From positions 1-44,165 of the forward strand of contig KZ538854.1 of the NCBI GenBank assembly GCA_000934665.2: a stretch of 44,165 bases of DNA, written 5' to 3'. Made by a program: the position numbers and the translations under genes. How positions within the stretch are numbered: the first letter of the stretch is position 1; each line of letters starts with the position of its first letter. The DNA is from Catajapyx aquilonaris (lineage: Eukaryota). Shown here one piece after another: positions 11,510 through 22,882 of this stretch. The notes under the pieces were generated by a model. It saw only the letters and a list, made by a program, of their open reading frames with translations, did no database searches and was not told the origin of the DNA.

Positions 11510-11975
11510 ATATTGCCGCCGGATTGTCAACACCCAAATTCATGATGGCTGCCGCTGACGACTCTCCTATTGGCTAAATTCAAATGGTGAAATTTTGCAG
11601 TCGCATTAATGACGAAAGTCCAACTACTTTGTCTTAAAACACAGCTAGCAGGAAGCTCTTTCTTCGCATGGCCTGTTACTGTGGCACCAATGATATTGTT
11701 GCATGTCATTGTTGCCAGGGGTAGATTATATTGACGCTACGTGCTATGGAAACAGCCAATCAGTGGCAACTAATCATTGTAATCATTGCAATCATGGAGA
11801 CCGGGTGCCATGGTAACCCCGTTGCCATGGTGGAGTATGGTGGTAGAGGGGAGGGAATTGGGACAAACCGACAAACTTTGCCTTTTATAATAATTTTTTA
11901 TTATTATTTTGCGTACCCATTGATGGCCCTATATGGGCCTTTCGGGGGGAACTTTATAATAATTATACTACTAGT
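11509..11975. mobile_element. Possible Helitron/Helentron-derived fragments
   Basis: GACAAACCGACAAACTTTGCCTTTTATAATA resembles a reversed Helitron 5' end. A nested hairpin GTACCC..GGCCC-TATAT-GGGCC..GGGAAC precedes CTAG, and there are repeated GTTGCCATGG-type motifs. Confidence 0.3.
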
Positions 11976-12287
11976 AGCGGACCCTTTGGAAAATTTCGGC
12001 AACACTACCTGGCCCACATCTCCTCTTGGATGTAGTACGGTAGGCCACTACCAGTTGGCTCATAGGCTCTCTGCACACTGCTACTGCCACTCTCAGGAGG
12101 GAAGTAGTACTATACATGCACGTAGGTGATGAGTCACCGCGCGGACAAAGCCCATCATGGTGCTATAACCAGCACTCCGTTGAAGTGTGTTCCAACATCT
12201 CTGGTGGCTATAGAGAGTGAACCTACTCTGTCCTCTCATTGTTGAACGGGGAAGTGAAAACTATTCTACTATACGTACACGCACCTA

Positions 12288-12431
12288 TAACGCGGAAAGC
12301 TAAACAACGATATGACGTCATCAAGGTTTCCATGGAAATACCCTCATAGAACAATATGAGTAAACAGTGTCCACAAAAAGCAACAATGGAAGAAACGATG
12401 ACGTCAGATCATCGTTTGGTTTTCCGCACTA
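12288..12431. mobile_element. Short TA-flanked MITE with two TGACGTCA motifs
   Basis: CACC-TA|TAACGCGGAAAGCTAAAC..GATATGACGTCATC pairs with GATGACGTCAGATCATCGTTTGGTTTTCCGCACTA|TA-GGTG. Confidence 0.8.
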
Positions 12432-12548
12432 TAGGTGATGAGTCAACCTGTGTATGGGGTGAGTCATACATTGTGAATTACGGTATGTATACTGTATGAT
12501 AAGATATACCAAGTCTATATAATATTTTTATAAGATATATAAGCCTAG

Positions 12549-12580
<32 letters not shown>
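12549..12580. repeat. (ATC)n microsatellite, ~10 units
   Basis: Direct reading. Confidence 0.97.
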
Positions 12581-13649
12581 TATTTTTATTTATATTTCAA
12601 AAGGCTAAATCGGGCTAAATACAGATCCTCATATTATCCTTAAATAAATAGTCGAATGTGATTCTGCTCATTCTGCATTTCAAGTCTTCAGAACAGAATT
12701 CACAATTCAGAACACATTTCTTTTGTACTGTAGCCTGTAGGGTAATAAAGTGTCTGCTGTGAATGACTAAATATATTTAAGTTATATCAAATAAGCACCC
12801 TGAAGAAACATGCAGCTCAAACGTAACTACTAGGAATACAAAGTTGTCCGCTCAGCTGTACAGTACGATGCGATGGACAGTATAACACGATAAGATGTGG
12901 TTCATTATTCGTTCTAAGAACAATGCAGGAATGTCTACAGTGGATGTCTACAGTGGATTAAAGTGGATGAAAGATACATGTATATACTGGTAATATTAGA
13001 AAATGTAGTGAGGCACAATAATAAGCTTTATTGCTCAGATTGAAACAGAGGTTATAGGTTATTGTTTTAACTGCTAGGCTATAATAAAATTTTGGGCCTA
13101 TAATAACTTAATATTTTCACGTTATTTATAAAGTCACAAAAATAATATGTATGCTGATGACTATGCCTATGTATTATTACTGTGAGGATAGTCTATGCGC
13201 TGGTTGGACGGTGTTATGCAATAATGAGTCAAGCCACATGAGAAAAAAGGCTTTGAAGGTCATTCCTGTGAAATTAATTCAGTGTCCTTTTCGGTCATTT
13301 ATAGCCGAAGTATGCAGATTTCACCAGCGTGATTTTAACTGAATGAAGTACTATTGTTTGGGTGTATGTTCCTGGGCTTAACTCAATTTTGAGATTTTTG
13401 TGGGTTCACCCATTATTGAATAACACCGTCCAGTTAGGAATATGAAACCATAAATATGGAAAGTTAAAGTGGAAAGTTCAGTGGTAATCTGATAAATTCC
13501 ACAGTCGAAAAATTACATATGAAATGGTGATGCAAAAAAGTACAAAAAAATCTGCACATTAAAAAGTAGTTTTATTGTGAGACTACAATACGTCGACAAT
13601 AGAGTTTTGTTCCGGAACATTAATGTAATGTTTCATCGCAGTTCTGGAG

Positions 13650-14130
13650 TTACATGAAATGAGTCTTTCGTTACGCCTGTTGCTTTTTTCAGAGTATTCT
13701 ACGACCTCAAACAAAACATGGGCCACTAATCATATAATTAATACACTGCTGCATTGTTACTAAAATGAATGGGAATGGCTCTGGGGTGCATATTTCCATG
13801 AATGTATTGGATGCGCAATTCAGTGAGTTATTTCGACACAGACCAACTCCTGCATTATCAGAGATGATTACGTTATATTCGAACCATTTTGTCCATTTCA
13901 TGGGCTTGCACCATATACGTCCCAGAAGGTTCGGAATCCTGCGGACACTCGCCTCTCACGGATATTCCAAGTGAAAAAGTGTGTAACAGCAATGCCCTAC
14001 GCTCTGCCCCTTGCTGGGTCATCAGGTATGTGAAACTGATACTGCTGGGGCCAAAAAAAGGCATTTACTCCCGAGAAAGGTTGAGAACCTTTAGCCTACA
14101 GCGCCTATCAACTGCAAAGTAATAGACATC
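13650..14130 (-). pseudogene. Possible decayed Sola-superfamily DDE transposase fragment
   Basis: Ordered motifs YYFAVD (~HYSFD), GISVRGECPQ (~GVxxEGxPxQ), IISDNAGVGLCRNNSL (~xDNCxGQNKNN), INYMISG/HVLF (~FMIxGHTKF, via a frameshift). Confidence 0.4.
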
Positions 14131-14749
14131 TTGGACGACACACAAACAGGTCTGTCGAACTTGATGTGGCCCATCTAGCGATCGACTTGATGGGCTTCTA
14201 ACACGTGTGGCTGGATGGCGGGGATTTGGGGCCTAACGATGTAATATCGGGGATCAGCCTGTATCCGCCAAGAATTTTGATGCCTCAGCCAAGCTACGCG
14301 TTTTTTTTTTCCTTTTCCCCCCAACACCTGATTCCCTGATGACTTGTTTCCACAGCTTTTCATCTCACCATACGAGCAGAACAACTGGGAGGGGGCGGCG
14401 CAAAGAAATGTCTTCATCCCAGCAGGTTCAGCAGATGTGGCAAAACCAAATTATCTCACCCCAGTGGGCATTGCGGTCGTTTGATAGTGATAGTTGTTGA
14501 CTTGTCGTCGACCGGTTTGGTAGGTTCCTTGTAGTCGTGCCATAAATTACGTAACGCTGTTTTTGGCAAATTCAGGCCCAACCGCATCAATTTTAAATAA
14601 AAATGTAATCGTGTTAAAATGAAGGGCCTTCGCCTTTGCCTGTTCTTTCCACGTGAATAACACTGACACTACTAACGTGGAACAATTGTACTAGTGAGTC
14701 GTTAATTAATTTGATTGCACTGTGCAGTTGTCCGTTGTTTTGGAACCAA

Positions 14750-16400
14750 TGTGGAATTTCAACGCATCGTTGCCCGATTACTTTGTTTGAACACCAAACT
14801 GTGCCATTTTGGCCATCCGCCATTTTGTGCCGATCTAGATTAAAGATGAGACGTACTTTTTGAAAATCAATCGCCATTACAATTCCAGAAATATTATTTG
14901 CCATATCAGATTATTACACCATGTTGTTATTTGCACAATTGTTATCAGATTATTGCTTTTGCCAGTGATATGAACAGCAGTGATCATCAATTATTACGGA
15001 CGAAAACCGTTTGCAATGGGCCTATATATAGTAATGAATGGAACTGCAACGTAACATGCATATCAGGCAAGAACTACTCAATACAGAGATGAAAACCCTG
15101 CAAAACCTGGAGCGGCTGATTGATCCACCTTGAATCAATCCACCGTGATTAATTTTCAATTACGAGTTCTGTTGTCCGTCGCTGTACCACAAACTTAACA
15201 GGTTCTTTTTTATGAGTATTTGAAAAGTTATATCAGTGATGTATTTTTTGTGTGCAGAAGCAGCTTAAATATCCGGACTGTCCAGTTTTGTAAGTCTATT
15301 ATAGAGTACACAACGTGGGGAATCATGAAATTAACCGGCAATTTGCTGCACCTTTTGGACGCGTTAAACACGTGGTTAATAGTATAATAATGAGGCGTTT
15401 CAAGCCACAGAGTAGCCTAGCTGACCTTTTTCCGGAGTTTGCATTGGCGGATAGATGTTTTTGTGCCTTAGACATCACTATCAACATCAGTTTTTTTTTC
15501 TATTTATTTGCAGACTCTGCTGAAAGCCACCTGTATTTTGTCCTGATTGTATCGTTCTTTCTTGATAAAATTGGGTTTAGACTGCGGCACCAGTAGTTAG
15601 AGCGAAGAAAAAGCAGGGAAGATCAGGTAGATGAGCTTTCCTGCTGCCAAGCGAACTGAGAAGGGCCTTCTGGCACCTGTTTTGCCGCACTAGGCGCTCT
15701 GCACAAATGACCCCACTTCTTTCAGGCCAACAAATGAGAGCCTTTTGTTTTGCACACCTAATGATCTGCTGCTGAGAGTCAGCCGCGGCGGGACGGAGAG
15801 GGCATGTATTTTTCTCTCTTCTTCTTCTGTTTCCTCCTTTTTTTCCCCAGATCGATGTGCATGAATTAGGGTTGGCTAGAACTTGCGGGTCTGCCACTGA
15901 AGGTGACGAGGAAATCCCTCTCAACAAAACAACTCTGTCGTGCGGGACCCTCCTGGCACTCACAGCCAGAAAGCACCAAGTAAACAAACATAATTCCCAG
16001 GAGATGCTAGGGCACTGCTAGACTGTTGAGGTCATTGTTCAGGCCAAAAAAGGGGGGTTTGAAAAGCCCAACTATAGTGCACGATTGACATACCCCTGTT
16101 GTGAACCTGACAAAAAAATGGGCAAGTGTGCAAATCCGGTCACTGGAACACTCAGAGACAATTGGGGGAGGTAGCCAGGCGTTTCGGTCGCCTGTCTTTC
16201 CCTCGTCTTAGCTAAGGACCCTTTGTTGGGTGGGCCTAATTGCCATGTTCTCCCGTGCAAAAGCCGCGGCCAACCGCACTTCATTCTCGCTGGCTTGCAC
16301 TTTCCCGACACCTCCCCCAACTCCCTGTTCCACCCTTGCTTTTGCCGACTGTTTCGTCTAAGGAGGCAGTGGTCAACACGACACAGTCAACAAAAAATAA
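14750..16400 (-). pseudogene. Decayed CR1/L2-type LINE 5' part: PHD-finger ORF1 plus APE endonuclease
   Basis: WGRCRESASQRE*SAVGRGFCTGEH (degenerate PHD); VVLLRGI..WGKK..CPLRP..IIRCAK..GVICAERLVRQNR (ORF1 core; ORF 15577-15987); then HLSANANS..IIILLTTCL (~NAxS..IIxITETWL), GSISRSR (~YRSP), VRLIFN (~LDLIF). Confidence 0.55.
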
Positions 16401-16559
16401 CGGCCATGTTTGGTTCTAAGCGTCAGGAGGGCAGCACTGTCTTGGCTTCGTTTCCGTGTGTTAATTAGTCATAATGACTGATCAAAGACAGTTTCATAGT
16501 AGCACTACCTCCAGCTACAGTCCCGACTCCCTTCTGCTTGGCCGATCAGGTTTGATTGA

Positions 16560-16970
16560 CTCGCACATAGATGTGATAGCAAAGGCACACCTCGAGCACT
16601 CTGCTATATACTTGACTTGGTGCAGTTTCCTCGAGAAGGAGAGTTTCAAGGTTCGAACAACGTATCAAATACGTATTGCTTGCTTGCCCGAGGCAATCTA
16701 TTCGGATAGAAAATAGGGTGATTTTCTTCATAGGCAACGGAGAACCGTCGGAAAGTGATATGCTTGTCAGGATCAAATTGTCAGGTTCAGTGTCCAGAAA
16801 AAAAAGTTCAGATCGGCAGTTATGGTGTTCTATAACATTGACTCACTTACTTTGGATAAAGAAAAAAGTTCGTACGAGATTTTTTCAGCTTCTTTTTCCA
16901 TGAGTATGCAGAAACAAATCCGTATTTTCACCAGTAACTTCAGGTTCAGATTTTACCACATAGTTAGCGG
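16560..16970 (-). pseudogene. Possible Ty3/Gypsy aspartyl-protease remnant
   Basis: KLLV/NTD (~LVDTG), ISLSDGSPLPMKKITLFSIRI (~LxxADGSxxxxxGxxxLxIxI), YLIRCSNLETLLL (~FxVxxxLxxxxILG). Weak. Confidence 0.3.
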
Positions 16971-17547
16971 CTTAGCGCACATGAGGTTGAAAATAATAAA
17001 GTTTAATCATCTCTACGTATGAAAAACCAATGTCAGGAACGAGCGATGCTGGTCAAATAAAGTGATCTTCTAATGCATAGTAACTCACTCTATCTGAATC
17101 ATTTAAAAACCTTGTATAAAATAAATGAGTATTTCCTATGGCGCTAGTACCAAGATAGTACTTGTACAATATATTAATGGCCATTATGTATGCGTATAAT
17201 GAAATGCGTAAATGAAAATATTATTTTCATTGCACATCAGCGCGTATTGTCGCATATAGCAACCGTGCCAGGCTGGTGTCTGGGGTCGTGAATACTGTAC
17301 ATGTTGTCACGCCCTCTGCTGTATAATATTCATGTAATTATCCTAGAGTTTGTTTCTCTTATGTAGATACGTGAAGCTATGTGAAGTTTGCCTAATTTCA
17401 TTTTTCGTGCTGCATTGTTATGACTCTGCTACTCTGCCACAAAAGCTTTACTGTAGCTACTGTGATGTACTGCAGCATTAATGATACTCTCATTATAATA
17501 TTATATTACCTACTTTCGCATTTTCAAGGATATGCTCTTGCAATATA

Positions 17548-17879
17548 CAGGGTGGCTCATCTTTTTTGTCCGAACAGTTATCGTAAAATTGCGCGTAGCT
17601 GCTACTTTTAAGCAGTGACTTGCAAACGGTGATTTTTCGGAGGAGCGGGGAATATTCCCTGCGAATCGTAGGTTGAAGTGGCATACGTGCTGCCCGCTGA
17701 AAATTGAGCGTCAAGCCTGGAAAAAAGAGGGCCATACATGCCATGCTGGGATGTGTGACCCTCGTTTTCCCCATTCCCCATTCCTCCGACAAATCACCGG
17801 TTGCAAGTCACTGCTTAAAAAGTAGCAACTACGCGCAATTTTCCGATAACTGTTCGGACAAAAAAGATGAGACACCCAA
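17548..17879. mobile_element. mariner-type MITE, longer member of the 3017-3227 family, TA TSD
   Basis: TA|CAGGGTGGCTCATCTTTTTTGTCCGAACAGTTATCG, with ~105-bp arms ending CGATAACTGTTCGGACAAAAAAGATGAGACACCC. Confidence 0.9.
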
Positions 17880-19373
17880 TATAATACATTAAGGTAGGTA
17901 GATGACAGATTATTATAATTTGGTACAAGATAAGGTTTTGTTATTGCTTTTCTGGGCACTTGTGACACATTTTTGGAGCTTATTCCTGGTCACCTTTAAA
18001 AAAAAGTTAGTTTAGCTATTAGGTAGAATTGATTACCTTTGGCATGCTCCTCTTGCAGCTCAGTTTATAACTGTCCAGCACCAGTGCAAATGCACTACCG
18101 GTAATGTTTACACAACCATTGTGGTATTATTGTTGATAGTGTCGAGTACGTCGGGACCAAAACCAGTGATCCACGGCTTGTTTTGTGAAACATCTTGGGC
18201 AAACGAGGCCAACTCTCCAAATCCCTAAACATTCTCCACCATTTTGATGCAGAGGAAAAAAGAAATAACCGGATGGGAGCATTTTTGTTGTTGACAGTGT
18301 ATTCTTGACTCGTTCTTAGAAATCCCTTTTTTATGAGCCGGTCGTGTCCAAACCATCTCCAAATTTAACAGTAGCGAGGTCGATGACGAAGTCTACTACT
18401 GTCTCTCGGAACATCCGAGCGCACCAAAAGAGAGAGTCCTGAATTATTTATTACACATGGGCGACCGTCATCGCATCAAAGCCTGACATATCCTTTTGCC
18501 TCTTCCTTTTTATCTCTCTCGGGGCTGTTTCTCTCTTACTTCCAGCTGAATGAACGCAAGATGCGACTACCCCCCACCTCCCTTTCGCCATCCCCTTCTC
18601 CACCTTCCATTTGCCTTGTCAAAAACAAGCTGCGACGAGGACAACAGCATTTTATAGTATAAAAGGTATGGAAAACTCGTTTATGAAAAACTCCACCTTG
18701 GATATGCAGGTAAAAATGTACACATATGCATTGTATCCGGTATATTCTTACAAAAGGTGCGCTCTTTCTGTTCATAGCGATGTGCGTGGTAACCTGTTTT
18801 CTCGACACGCAAGAAGAGGCCACAGGAGTGTCATTAAATTTCATGCTTTTCTACACTGTTCCAGAGTAACATTGCGTCCTAATAGAGTTACGCTTGTCAC
18901 TCAACATACCAGGTGCATTTTATTGTCGCGATGTCAAATTCATCAACAGAGCGCAGACACAACCTTGAGGAGATAATGTCCATGCCATGACATGCGAAGT
19001 TGAAAAAAAAGCGCAATTTTCTTAAAAAGTGAAGTGCATGAACACTGCTGTAGAACTGACATGGTGGTCCTTGCCATCCAAACTCAGTAAAAAATCTTGG
19101 GGGGTTTTCTGCGGGCCATTTTGACACCCGGCACTCGGTAGATGGAGTGGTGCTCGCCGGTGCGGTGGAGAGCTTGAGGTACTACACGTATACCGTACAT
19201 GGTGGTCATTTGGAAGTTGGGCCTAGCAGGGGCAGGACGCTTTATTAAGTAGGAACAACGACCCTGACTGACCCTGTCAGTTAGAATAACAAAGCGGTCA
19301 TCATTCCCACAATGGTAGCCTATTCTCGCGATAGCACCCTACTTGGACTACTGGAATGTCCTGACCAGCCCCC

Positions 19374-19703
19374 GGACACTCATACTACCTTCTGCTGTTA
19401 TCACCTGCCGACGCGTTTTGCAGAAGATGCTCACTTGAGAGCGCCATGAGACATTTCACTCTCCGGTCAAGTGGCGACCCTACCGGACTAACAAAAGGGA
19501 AGCGCTACATTGGTGGACCCAACATGGGCGCCGGCGGCCATTTTGGGCCCGCATGTAGCGCTTCCCTTTTGTTAGTTTTGTACCTATAAAGTTCAGCCTA
19601 GTCCGGTAGGGTCGCCACTTGACCGGAGACTGAAATGTCTCATGGCGCTCTCAAGTGAGCAACTTCTGCAAAACACGTCGGTAGGGGGTGGGTGGGAGTG
19701 TCC
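19374..19703. repeat. Inverted repeat pair (~87-bp near-identical arms) enclosing a second small inverted repeat
   Basis: 19404-19490 is the inverted copy of 19599-19685 with ~4 mismatches. Inner arms are ACTAACAAAAGGGAAGCGCTACAT (19487-19510) / ATGTAGCGCTTCCCTTTTGTTAGT (19553-19576). Confidence 0.9.
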
Positions 19704-20732
19704 AGACCTTATCTTCTATGGCCGTGGTCCTGGCAGAATCAAAATGACTACACCCACAGGGATTACAAGTAATCAGGGTAAAAGTCTACGTATGCCAGCT
19801 ATAAGATAGCTCATTATGCCCACCCTGACCAACCGTATGAGTCATATTGCAGGTTTCCTAATCAAATCTAACTAGTGCCGGGTAGGAGATATGCGGTTAG
19901 AGGCCATTGGTCTCAAGGGCGGCGTATTTCTGGAGCAATCTGGAGTCGGGGCAAGCAGGGGCCAGGGTGGGCAGGCAGGCAGGCAGGCGCAGAGCCCCAA
20001 TAGAGCACGGGCATCGTTATGGCCTTCTCGCCCCATGAATGTCAACTACAAGAGATGCTTGACTGCCACGCGGGTGTCGTGGAATGCGCAACGCCGCACA
20101 ATTAACACGTCTCTCCTGGGCAGGCCAACTTGCCCACTTTAACTTCAACTTAACTTGGGGCTAAGAATTGTCGGCACGGACCCCCTTATCGTCACAGGAG
20201 AATCTTTTCCGAAGAGTTGTCCCTTGCGGCATCTTTCTAACATCTATTCCGGGACTTTCTGCCTTTGCAACTCAACTTACAGTCTTATTACTTGACTTTT
20301 CCTACTAGTGCACCATGGAGGAGCTAGTGCTGGATGCAGGAGAATGTCTGATTCTGGTTGCTTATAAGCTGCAATTGCGGTTTGCAGCACTCGCCAAGCC
20401 ATGCAGTTCTCTTGGCCAAAATGATGCTTTTGTGTCGAGGCAAGACAGTATTGCAGAGAATACCTCCAGCCCTCTCCACAATAAAAATTTAATTCTAAAA
20501 CATTTTACAAAAAAAGTCAACAATAATTAGTGTTTTGTTGATTCGGGATGATACTACAAATTATTACATGCCTTTGTGTGAATTACTCGAAGGTGAAAAT
20601 ACTGCACCAGTATGCTGAGCAATCTATAACATCACAATGCACGAGTACAGTAATCGCACTTGCTAATGAAGACAAAATTCGAACCTCCAAAAGGTCTTAA
20701 TTAAACTGATATTCTTGTAAAGCTCTTTCATA

Positions 20733-20787
20733 AAACTTTGTCGATATAGGTACCATCATCATAGGATGGTACCTATCGACAAAGTTT
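20733..20787. repeat. Short hairpin
   Basis: AAACTTTGTCGAT(AT)AGGTACCATC ... GATGGTACCTATCGACAAAGTTT. Confidence 0.8.
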
Positions 20788-20879
20788 GGCGCTTATTCTT
20801 TTGTACCAATCGCAATGCAATGGAGGATAAATTATTGTAAGTCTAATAAAGAGTTCAATAACCATCCTGTGACTGACTC

Positions 20880-21300
20880 CTGATTATTGTTCATTGTCAA
20901 ACTTAAGCTTTGACATCCAGCCTCAGACAGACACACTCAGAACTCCTACAAATATGCAGCCAGTATGTGAAGTAGGCTCATACCCAGTCTTGGTGGAAAC
21001 GCTCACTTACTGTAACACTTTCAAGTTTGGCATGGAATCATATACACTGTTGGAAAGTCCTTTCAATAGTCTGTAGATCTTTGAGTAATAAAACAATATC
21101 AGCGTCGGCATAACTGATGTTGAAGAAGGGAAGTAAATTATGTGACCTGGAAGATGAGGAAATATTTCCGTAAGTAATGAAATCGTTGTTTCAAACCATA
21201 AAAGCTTGTATCCTTCTCTCAGAACCGTCACTGCATCTCAAATCCATAAATGTATATATATCGTGTTGTAGACTTTGCGGCATTCTCAACTGAGATCAAA
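20880..21300 (-). pseudogene. Decayed LINE reverse-transcriptase fragment
   Basis: VLREGYKL (~GLRQGCxL), ISYADADIVLL (~YADDIVLL), VSVSTKT (~xVNxxKT), IFVGV (~YLGV), in correct order and spacing. Confidence 0.55.
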
Positions 21301-22596
21301 GGAACGCACACAGTACTTTACTTCCTTCTACCTTACTTTTCTTTCCCTTTCGCATTTAGAAATTACATGGGTTGAAAGTACTTGAAGCAATGTGTACAAA
21401 AAAGCACTTTAATTCCCTTTCACGCATTTTACACGAGACAATCTTTGCAATTTTTGCGTCTTTTAGCCTATGGTGCACTACATTTAGGATGTAAAATGTT
21501 ACTTTTGAGTAGAATTGCTGCATTGAGCAGACCGGATTATCATGCGTAGACTTGGCCAATGGGCCACGTCTTCTAACTCTGACCAGCTCCGGGGCTCAAC
21601 TATCGGGGTGGGCAGTAGGACTTCACTTACAGCGTTAATTTTCTGCCGCCTGCCTCTGCACAGTAATGCCAGGAGAGCGTAGTTGTGTGAGGGTGTTTTC
21701 GAATTAGTGACGCTGAAAGCGTACCGTGCCGCATGCTTTTGCGTCGGGGAAAAAGAGCTTAAAATATAGCCTACACTGTCACAACAAGATTTTCTACCCT
21801 ACGTAAATGAAATAAAGACTAACGTCGTCGCAGGAGGCCAAGCAGCTTACTGTTTCAACTTTCTAGGCAAACGTTTCCTTACAAACAGCTTAAGCTGTGA
21901 CGAAGGAAATTATTCTTCGCGAAAATAGCTATACCCGGGCATGTCGCGTTGACAACACTGTGACTTATACATATTTCTTTGTCCCAAGGCACGCCGGCTT
22001 GCATGCGCATATTTAAAAACTTAGTGGAGAGTTGGTTGGGTAAAGTGTACATGTACAAGCCGGATACATGGCAAAATGGAAAGGGCGTTACCAAATAAAA
22101 CGTAATCCTCTTGGACCTAATATTGTGCACTCTGGTTGGACAGGCTACGAAGCTATTTCTTCAATTTATCATTGTGAAGTGAGTCGCTTTTAGACCTGAA
22201 TGGACCAAAAAAACACATTTAACTCCCTGAACACCTCAACCTAATCGGATTACTTGACAGAGGACTTCAGGAAACATTGAAGCCCCCCCCCCNCCGCGCG
22301 CTTTGGATGCTGCAGTCTCAAGCTCCGTAGGGATTACAATGGACAGTTGCTTGTCAAAAAATCTGTTCTCCACACTTGTAACAGGGAGGCAAAGCGTGGG
22401 GACTTTACGAAAATAGGCGGTTTACGAGTATGTGATTTTATTACCAACCTCTTCTCGCCATATTTCTAAACTGAGGATTATACTTCGGTTAGCGGTTTAA
22501 AAGCAGATATATGTAAGTGTCAAACTCCATTAACAGCTTGTATAATACTTATCTGACTTAAATAATCAGTTTTTAAAGACAAACATAAGGATGACC

Positions 22597-22882
22597 CAGC
22601 CCATATGACACTCCTCGAATACGGTAGTGTAATAACTGTGTCCCATGGTTCGCTAAGACGCCATCTTGTTCAAGGTGCAACTCCTGTGGTAGGTAGAGGG
22701 TAGGCTGCCGCGATTGGCTGGATCTTTCTTTCCTTCCGCAGACTTACCACTAGAGTGCACCTTGAAAAAGATGGCGGATAGCGAACGATGTAGCGCCGCC
22801 AGCGCCAACAGTCCAGTCTGGCGGAGACACAGGAATTAAACTACCGTATCCATACAACTAGGGGGGAAGTGACATGGGGCTG
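22597..22882. mobile_element. hAT-like MITE with 8-bp TSD, possibly containing a nested TA-flanked MITE (22622-22846)
   Basis: Termini CAGCCC...GGGCTG are flanked by identical GGATGACC (22589-22596 and 22883-22890). Inner TA|CGGTAG...CTACCG|TA with arms CGCCATCTT.TTCAAGGTGCA / TGCACCTTGAAAAAGATGGCG. Confidence 0.8.

Noticed and set aside
11322..11558. Poly-I/Y/N/L ORFs (also at 33817-34155 and 37658-38073)
   Set aside because: Translations of (TAT)n/(AAT)n microsatellites.
12931..12958. 13-bp tandem duplication ATGTCTACAGTGG x2 (similar 12-bp one near 9759-9781)
   Set aside because: Ordinary slippage duplication.
14538..14585. Harbinger-MITE-like end (CCATAAATTACGTAACGC)
   Set aside because: No partner terminus or TSD found.
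20300..20480. Possible Kolobok transposase fragment (LEVFSAIL..KASF, minus strand)
   Set aside because: Single weak motif with no supporting neighbours.
21007..21231. Leucine-rich-repeat-like reading (SMPNLKVLQ)
   Set aside because: Better explained as LINE RT (YAD-D motif in the adjacent frame, flanked by other RT motifs).
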